Below are positions 1 through 4,390 of a stretch of 5,136 nucleotides of DNA, in pieces. The stretch lies in the IMG/VR virus record IMGVR_UViG_3300007505_000307; one strand, 5' to 3'. The position numbers and the translations under genes were made by a program. Under the pieces are notes generated by a model that was given only the letters and a program-made list of their open reading frames with translations, ran no database searches and had not been told where the DNA came from. Within the stretch, counting starts at the first letter, position 1. Every line of letters starts with the position of its first letter. Source of the stretch: a virus.

Positions 1-24
1 TAAACAACTAAAACAAAAACAAAA

Positions 25-639
25 ATGAAAACTCAAAAAGGACGTGAAATCTATGACGATTTCGTAAAGTCAAAACAACATGAATCTGTTCCTGTGGAAC
101 CAGATATCTCTCCGCGACAACTGTCGCTATTCCCTCGTATTCGTTCAACTCGGCGCTTTGCGCTCGAGAAAAAAGACGTAGAAAATGGAGGTGGTATCTC
201 TCTCACTGTACCCGATGATGCTTATACTATTCGGGAACTCTTGGAAAAATTTACCAATGGTGTTGACCCTTCGGTATCAAAAACACCTATCTATCCTGAA
301 AATGATGCTGACTTCGATGACGCTGATCTCGAGGAAGTAAACCGTATGGACATTCAGGAACGCGATGAATATCGCAACTCTATCTCTGAAAAAATCAACT
401 CTCTCAACTCTAACCTAAAATCTCAACGCACGGAACGTGCAAAAAAGGAGAAAGAACGGAAGAACCTTGGTGCGTCCGAAAATCAAAACAAAAATGATGA
501 CTCGTCATCAAAAAAAATAATCAAATCTTATAAGTATGAAAATGATGATGCCCGGCCCGGGCCGGACCGATTGCCCAAACCTGAGCCCGTAGAACGTTCG
601 AGAAGGAGGAGCGAAGCGGACGACGCCGAGAACGAATGA
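25..639 (+). CDS. 204-aa highly charged hypothetical protein, possibly an internal scaffolding (VP3-like) protein
   Basis: ATG-to-TGA ORF on the same strand as all other genes, filling the gap between VP1 and VP2. The segment GISLTVPDDAYTIRELLEKFTNGV resembles the SLTxQ...I..(K/R)F..G block seen near the N-terminus of microvirus internal scaffolding proteins. The C-terminal half is low-complexity and rich in K/E/R/D/S/N. It has an A-rich leader with no SD, like the other genes. Coding status is fairly secure, but the function is a guess (function confidence about 0.4). Confidence 0.8.
   Translation: MKTQKGREIYDDFVKSKQHESVPVEPDISPRQLSLFPRIRSTRRFALEKKDVENGGGISLTVPDDAYTIRELLEKFTNGVDPSVSKTPIYPENDADFDDADLEEVNRMDIQERDEYRNSISEKINSLNSNLKSQRTERAKKEKERKNLGASENQNKNDDSSSKKIIKSYKYENDDARPGPDRLPKPEPVERSRRRSEADDAENE
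552..565. repeat. Perfect 14-nt GC-only palindrome CCGGCCCGGGCCGG inside the 3' end of the 204-aa gene
   Basis: The sequence equals its own reverse complement. In ssDNA it can fold as a 5-bp stem (552-556 with 561-565) and a 4-nt loop. It is nearly repeated at 663-679. Confidence 0.9.
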
Positions 640-659
640 AGGGCGCTGAGGGCAAATTT

Positions 660-679
660 GGGCCGGCCCGAGGCCGACC
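660..679. repeat. Perfect 10-nt palindrome GGGCCGGCCC (660-669), a small hairpin (664-668 with 672-676), and an imperfect direct copy of the 552-568 element
   Basis: GGGCCGGCCC is self-complementary. CCGGCCCGAGGCCGACC (663-679) matches CCGGCCCGGGCCGGACC (552-568) apart from two single-base indels. It lies in the non-coding gap after the 204-aa gene stop codon. Confidence 0.85.
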
Positions 680-707
680 ATAGCTCACTCGTTGAGGTAT
701 GAAAAAG

Positions 708-735
708 CACTATACTATCTTGATATATTAGTGCT
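708..735 (+). promoter_or_regulatory. Candidate (+)-strand replication origin / Rep nick site (phiX174-ori-like motif)
   Basis: CTTGATAT (719-726) is identical to the core of the phiX174 gene A protein cleavage site CAACTTG/ATATTAATAAC. Ignoring a 2-nt AT insertion, the similarity extends to CTTGATAT(AT)TAGT versus CTTGATATTAAT. CACTATA (708-714) also occurs in the phiX 30-nt origin. The motif lies in the largest non-coding gap. The assignment is by analogy only. Confidence 0.3.
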
Positions 736-797
736 AAGTGACACCTCACTTAAAATCAACACTTTACGTAGTAAATGTTAAACCAATCAAAAATTCT

Positions 798-1730
798 ATG
801 AATCTAACTGATGGTGCTGGCTCTGGACCTAATCCGGATGCCAATGTGCCAAGCGGTATAACCGCGGCACTTCTGCCCTCTATAGGGCCTGTAATTCAGT
901 CGGTGCTTGAGGCAAAAAATGCCCAACAAAACACTGATAAAACTATCGCGGCAAATAAAGAGTTAGCGCAGTATGGCTACTCAAAAGACCTTGAACAATG
1001 GAACAGGTCTAACGCGTACAATACCCCGCAGGCGCAAATGGATCGCCTCAAAATCGCGGGGTTAAATCCAAATCTGGTATACGGTTCGGGATCTGCGTCC
1101 GGCAATACTACGCCGGCGCAATCGCCCAGGTATCAAGCCCCGACCGTTCAATACAACTATAAAAATCCTGTCAATGCTATGGCAATGACTTCGGCCTATC
1201 AGGACATGCAGATGAGGCAAGCCGAGATCGATAACGTCCGGGCCAATACTATGGCGACTGTACAAAAAGCAAAAAATGATATCATCCGCGAGCGACTGCT
1301 CGGCTTGGATGAGTACGGTCGACCGTCTCTAAACTCTATCCTTGACTCTAAGGCAAGGCTGGCTTACAACTCTGTACCTTATCAGCTATCAATGCAACAA
1401 AATCAAGTTCGTCAAGGCGAACTGCAAAACGATCTCGCTTTGCAAGGCATTGCTCTTGGTAAAAAAAATCTGGCTGGTGCTGATCTGGAAAATGAACGTA
1501 AGCGTTTGGACAATCAATTCAAGCGTTACGAAAATGAATGGCGTAAAATGGGAATCACGTCTAGTGATAACCCTCTCTTCCGTGTGTTCGGTCGTCTTAT
1601 GAATGAAGCGGATATCGCTTCTCCTGGTGAACTGATCAAGCGTATGCTTTCACCTGGTAATTTCTCTGACGTGGGATCCTCTGGGCCTATGATGAAGCCC
1701 AAAAAGAAGTCTACTCATCAAATGGAATAA
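798..1730 (+). CDS. VP2: DNA pilot / minor capsid protein (Microviridae VP2, phiX H-like)
   Basis: The block QAQMDRLKIAGLNPNLVYG contains the AGLNP motif typical of microvirus VP2 pilot proteins. The N-terminus is Gly/Ala/Pro-rich, and the C-terminal half is rich in heptad-like Q/E/K/R/L residues, consistent with the coiled-coil tube of pilot proteins. The ORF track opens at GTG 738. I prefer ATG 798 (310 aa) because it has the same TGTTAAAC plus A-rich leader as the 204-aa gene. Confidence 0.88.
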   Translation: MNLTDGAGSGPNPDANVPSGITAALLPSIGPVIQSVLEAKNAQQNTDKTIAANKELAQYGYSKDLEQWNRSNAYNTPQAQMDRLKIAGLNPNLVYGSGSASGNTTPAQSPRYQAPTVQYNYKNPVNAMAMTSAYQDMQMRQAEIDNVRANTMATVQKAKNDIIRERLLGLDEYGRPSLNSILDSKARLAYNSVPYQLSMQQNQVRQGELQNDLALQGIALGKKNLAGADLENERKRLDNQFKRYENEWRKMGITSSDNPLFRVFGRLMNEADIASPGELIKRMLSPGNFSDVGSSGPMMKPKKKSTHQME

Positions 1731-1775
1731 AAAGGCGCAACTTTACTCGAGTTCACAATTTAAACAATCAACTAT

Positions 1776-1904
1776 ATGAGGTATGGAAAAAAAAGACGTT
1801 ATGGAAAATCTCGTTCACCTCGCGGAAGACGTGGCTCTGGCCGTCGTCGTCGCGGCAAGCGTGTACGCTCTTACTCTGTTTCTCGCGGTGGTATTCGTCT
1901 CTAG
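1776..1904 (+). CDS. 42-aa arginine-rich small DNA-binding/packaging protein (phiX J-like / gokushovirus VP5-like)
   Basis: Hand translation gives MRYGKKRRYGKSRSPRGRRGSGRRRRGKRVRSYSVSRGGIRL* (ATG 1776, TAG 1902-1904). The extreme basic composition and size are comparable to the 38-aa phiX174 J protein. It sits directly upstream of Rep, third codon positions are mostly T/C as in the other genes, and a TTAAAC box lies 10 nt upstream. It is below the length cutoff of the supplied ORF track. Confidence 0.7.
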   Translation: MRYGKKRRYGKSRSPRGRRGSGRRRRGKRVRSYSVSRGGIRL

Positions 1905-1911
1905 TCAATGA
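1783..1911 (+). CDS. Hypothetical 42-aa single-pass membrane peptide overprinted (+1 frame) on the Arg-rich gene; speculative lysis candidate
   Basis: Hand translation gives MEKKDVMENLVHLAEDVALAVVVAASVYALTLFLAVVFVSSQ*. It has a charged N-terminus followed by a 23-residue uninterrupted hydrophobic stretch. The TGA stop (1909-1911) overlaps the VP4 ATG (1908-1910) as ATGA. The hydrophobicity may be a by-product of CGN Arg codons reading as GNN in the +1 frame. Confidence 0.25.
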   Translation: MEKKDVMENLVHLAEDVALAVVVAASVYALTLFLAVVFVSSQ

Positions 1912-2726
1912 GATGTATCTCGCCTATTCGGTTACGGTCCGGCCAATTCGTGCCCTGTGCAAAGTGTAATTTCTGTCTCGCTAAGCGTAGGTCTGATTGG
2001 TCGGTTCGTCTCCGACAGGAACTTAAGACAGCCTGGTCTGCTGTCTTTATTACCGTTACTTACTCTGACTTTCATCAACCCCTCAATTCCTATGGAGAAG
2101 GGGAACTATGTAAGTATGACCTGCAATGTTTCTTCAAGCGTGTACGCAAAGCCCAGGCTAATTGTCTCCTGGCTGAAACTATGCCCTCTGTACGATACTA
2201 TGCTGTTGGCGAGTATGGGACTAATACAAAACGTCCTCATTATCATGCTATTGTATTCAATCTGCACTCAAAAGTGGTGTTCAAACTCCACGAGATATGG
2301 GGACTTGGTAACGTCCACATTGGTGCCGCTAATGGAGCGACTATACACTATACAACCAAGTACATGATTAATCGGGATCAGGACTATGGTAGAAGGGCGA
2401 AGCCCTTCACTTGTATATCAAATCGCTCCGGTGGTCTTGGCAAATCGTATCTGGATACTCGCGGGAAAATGGATACCAACCCTGAATACATGATTCAGGA
2501 TGGGTTCAAAGTTGGCCTTCCGCGCTACTTCAAAGACAAACTCTTCACTCAGACAGAAAGACTGCTAATGCAGGTAGGCGCTACGCGCCAATTCGAGGCG
2601 AAGGAACTCCAGGAGATTCTTCGTATATCGGCTGTGCATCCCGATCCTCAAGCCTATATGTTGGAACAAGTTCGTTTCCAACATGATGCTATCACTCGTA
2701 AAGTAAATTCTAAAAACAAATTCTAA
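1908..2726 (+). CDS. VP4: Rolling-circle replication initiator protein (HUH endonuclease, Microviridae VP4 / phiX A-like)
   Basis: All three RCR motifs are present in order: FITVTY (nt 2046-2063), HUH motif H111-Y-H113 in RPHYHAIVF (nt 2238-2246), and the two-tyrosine catalytic motif Y148-TTK-Y152 (nt 2349-2363), which compares with YVAKY of phiX A. The N-terminal Cys cluster and W/R block (VPCAKCNFCLAKRRSDWSVRLRQE) is typical of microvirus VP4. Confidence 0.95.
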   Translation: MRCISPIRLRSGQFVPCAKCNFCLAKRRSDWSVRLRQELKTAWSAVFITVTYSDFHQPLNSYGEGELCKYDLQCFFKRVRKAQANCLLAETMPSVRYYAVGEYGTNTKRPHYHAIVFNLHSKVVFKLHEIWGLGNVHIGAANGATIHYTTKYMINRDQDYGRRAKPFTCISNRSGGLGKSYLDTRGKMDTNPEYMIQDGFKVGLPRYFKDKLFTQTERLLMQVGATRQFEAKELQEILRISAVHPDPQAYMLEQVRFQHDAITRKVNSKNKF

Positions 2727-4288
2727 TGGGACTATTTGATTCAATACGGCTACGCCGTCCAAAGCTGAACAAGTTCAATCTATCTCATGAACGAAAGCTA
2801 ACAATGAACATGGGAGATCTCGTGCCAATACTATTCGAGGAAGTACTTCCCGGTGATAAATTCCGGGTCTCTCCTGAAATCCTAATCCGCCTGGCTCCTA
2901 TGTTGGCACCTGTTTATGCCCGTTGCAACGCCAAAGTCGAGTTTTTCTTCGTGCCGGAACGTCTGGTATGGAACGAATTCGAAAATCATATCACGGGCGG
3001 ACCTGATGGAACTCTTAACCCACCCTTGCCGTACTTTCCTGTAAGTGATGCGAACAAGCATCTATTGGCAAAGGGTTCACTCGCTGATTACATGGGTATT
3101 CCACCACAAGCTGACGTACCTGTCATTGCTCCAAACATGGGCTTCACTGTGCAAGGCTTTCGCGCTTATCAACTTATCTGGGATAACTACTATCGCGATC
3201 AAAACTTACAGCCTTCACTGAATATCTCGCTCGCTGGTGGTCCTGTCTCTGATCTTGAACTTGAAAAGATCATGACTCTCCGAAAACGTGCATGGGAGAA
3301 AGACTACTTTACCTCTGCGCTCCCTTGGGCGCAACGTGGTGGTGCCGTGGAAATTCCTCTTGCTGGTGGTACGGTTAATTATATGCCGACTTCAAAAGTG
3401 TATCAAACTTCTGGTGCTCCCCCTCCCGGTCCCGGTGATAAACTCGTCTCTGGCGGTGTTACCGCAGAAGATCTCTACTTGGATGATGGGACCGGAACTA
3501 ATAAAAGTGGTCGTATCGAAAATATCGAGGACATAGAACTTGAAGCGGTTACTATCAATGAACTTCGTAGAGCTGTCCGTCTCCAGGAGTGGCTCGAAAA
3601 AAATGCCCGTGGCGGTGCCCGTTACATAGAGCAAATTCTATCACACTTTGGTGTGCGCTCTTCTGACGCTCGTCTCCAACGTCCTGAGTTTCTCGGCGGT
3701 GGTCGTACTCCTGTCGTTATCTCTGAGGTACTTTCAACCTTTCAGGATCCAGCTGATGCTGGAAACCCCCAAGGCAATATGTCCGGTCATGGTATCTCTG
3801 TTGGGAATCAAAATGGTTTCTCTCGGAGGTTTGAGGAACACGGTTATATCATTGGGGTCCTCTCTGTTCTCCCTCGCACTTCATATCAGCAAGGCCTACC
3901 TCGTAAGTTCGTACGCTTTGATAAGTTCGATCGCTTCTGGCCTGAGTTTGCACATCTTGGAGAACAGGAAATTCATGACTCTGAAATCTTCTGGGACGCT
4001 GCTGACAACGTACGTTATAACACTACGTTCGGGTATCAGTCTCGTTACGCGGAATATAAATTCGGTCAGTCGACCTCTCATGGCGATTTCCGGGACTCGT
4101 TAGCGTTCTGGACTATGACTCGTATATTTGGTGCGCGTCCCAACCTTAATGAGCAGTTCATTACCTCTGACCCAACGCAACGCATCTTCGCAGTCGAAGA
4201 TCCTTCGGTGCACAAGCTATGGGTGCAAGTATTTAATAATGTGTCTGCTCTTCGTCCGATGCCATATTACGGTACACCTTCACTATAA
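2726..4288 (+). CDS. VP1: Major capsid protein (Microviridae VP1 / phiX F-like jelly-roll)
   Basis: The 520-aa ORF carries hallmark blocks: FNLSHERKLTMNMGDLVPILFEEVLPGD near the N-terminus, KDYFTSALPWAQRGG, INELRRAVRLQEWLEKNARGGARYIEQILSHFGV and FLGGGRTPVVISEV. The start ATG (2726-2728) overlaps the VP4 stop TAA (2724-2726) as TAATG. Confidence 0.97.
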   Translation: MGLFDSIRLRRPKLNKFNLSHERKLTMNMGDLVPILFEEVLPGDKFRVSPEILIRLAPMLAPVYARCNAKVEFFFVPERLVWNEFENHITGGPDGTLNPPLPYFPVSDANKHLLAKGSLADYMGIPPQADVPVIAPNMGFTVQGFRAYQLIWDNYYRDQNLQPSLNISLAGGPVSDLELEKIMTLRKRAWEKDYFTSALPWAQRGGAVEIPLAGGTVNYMPTSKVYQTSGAPPPGPGDKLVSGGVTAEDLYLDDGTGTNKSGRIENIEDIELEAVTINELRRAVRLQEWLEKNARGGARYIEQILSHFGVRSSDARLQRPEFLGGGRTPVVISEVLSTFQDPADAGNPQGNMSGHGISVGNQNGFSRRFEEHGYIIGVLSVLPRTSYQQGLPRKFVRFDKFDRFWPEFAHLGEQEIHDSEIFWDAADNVRYNTTFGYQSRYAEYKFGQSTSHGDFRDSLAFWTMTRIFGARPNLNEQFITSDPTQRIFAVEDPSVHKLWVQVFNNVSALRPMPYYGTPSL

Positions 4289-4315
4289 TGTATCTGTCGT
4301 TAAAAACAAACAGCA

Positions 4316-4362
4316 CGTTTGCCCTGGTACCGTCCCGTCGCGGGGCGGTTCCAAGGCAAATG
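4316..4362 (+). other. Long imperfect GC-rich hairpin 30 nt downstream of the VP1 stop; candidate complementary-strand origin or structural/packaging element
   Basis: The core stem pairs 4318-4337 with 4341-4360 around a 3-nt loop TCG (4338-4340). It has 17 Watson-Crick pairs, 1 G-T pair and 2 mismatches (4324/4354, 4328/4350). There is no T-tract after the stem, so it is not a canonical intrinsic terminator. Confidence 0.6.
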
Positions 4363-4390
4363 ATGCAAGCCGTTTCGGCGCGCTAAGTGT

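Larger units (their letters stand above)
1..746. repeat. Left copy of an exact 746-bp terminal direct repeat (identical to 4391-5136), the signature of a circular genome written past its closure point
   Basis: Block-by-block comparison found 1-746 and 4391-5136 identical, with an offset of exactly 4390 nt. The ORFs at 25-639 and 4415-5029 translate identically. Confidence 0.97.

Noticed and set aside
693-707. Repeat of TGAGGTATG followed by an A-run, at 693-707 and 1777-1795
   Set aside because: Repeated 9-mers are expected by chance many times in a 4.4-kb sequence, and the extension beyond 9 nt needs a gap. It is treated as coincidence.
692-716. Sigma70-like promoter TTGAGG (692-697) / TATACT (711-716)
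   Set aside because: The spacer is only 13 nt, outside the functional 16-18 nt range. Other candidates (TTGATA 720-725, TAAAAT 751-756) have wrong spacing or a poor partner hexamer. No promoter could be supported.
699-731. 10-codon mini-ORF MKKHYTILIY* preceded by GAGG
   Set aside because: It is too short to evaluate, the GAGG lies only 1 nt from the ATG, and the ORF overlaps the ori-like motif, which is a more plausible reason for this sequence to exist.
528-749. 73-aa minus-strand ORF (and its repeat copy at 4918-5100)
   Set aside because: It is antisense to the 3' end of the 204-aa gene and runs through the GC-rich palindromic island, where stop codons are rare on both strands. It has no recognisable motifs, and Microviridae encode all genes on one strand.
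738-797. GTG 738 as the VP2 start, as given in the ORF track
   Set aside because: The extra 20 residues (MTPHLKSTLYVVNVKPIKNS) would consume the intergenic TGTTAAAC/A-rich leader that precedes ATG 798 in the same way as at the 204-aa gene. ATG 798 is preferred, but GTG 738 cannot be excluded from sequence alone.
1062-1265. 67-aa minus-strand ORF antisense to VP2. Similar antisense ORFs occur at 2565-2762, 3392-3634 and 3896-4081.
   Set aside because: All are fully embedded antisense to strongly supported genes, have no motifs, and are short. The family is known to be transcribed from one strand only.
3648-4103. 151-aa +1-frame ORF inside VP1. Similar +1-frame ORFs occur at 1342-1602, 1957-2367, 3288-3536 and 4128-4418.
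   Set aside because: They begin at TTG/GTG rather than ATG, have no upstream signal, and their length is explained by the T/C bias at third codon positions, which depletes +1-frame stops. They are not called as genes. The frame pattern is reported as a low-interest finding.
4316-4362. Reading the post-VP1 hairpin as a rho-independent terminator
   Set aside because: No U/T tract follows the stem on the + strand (the next bases are tgatgcaagcc), so the canonical terminator architecture is missing. It is kept as a structural/origin candidate instead.
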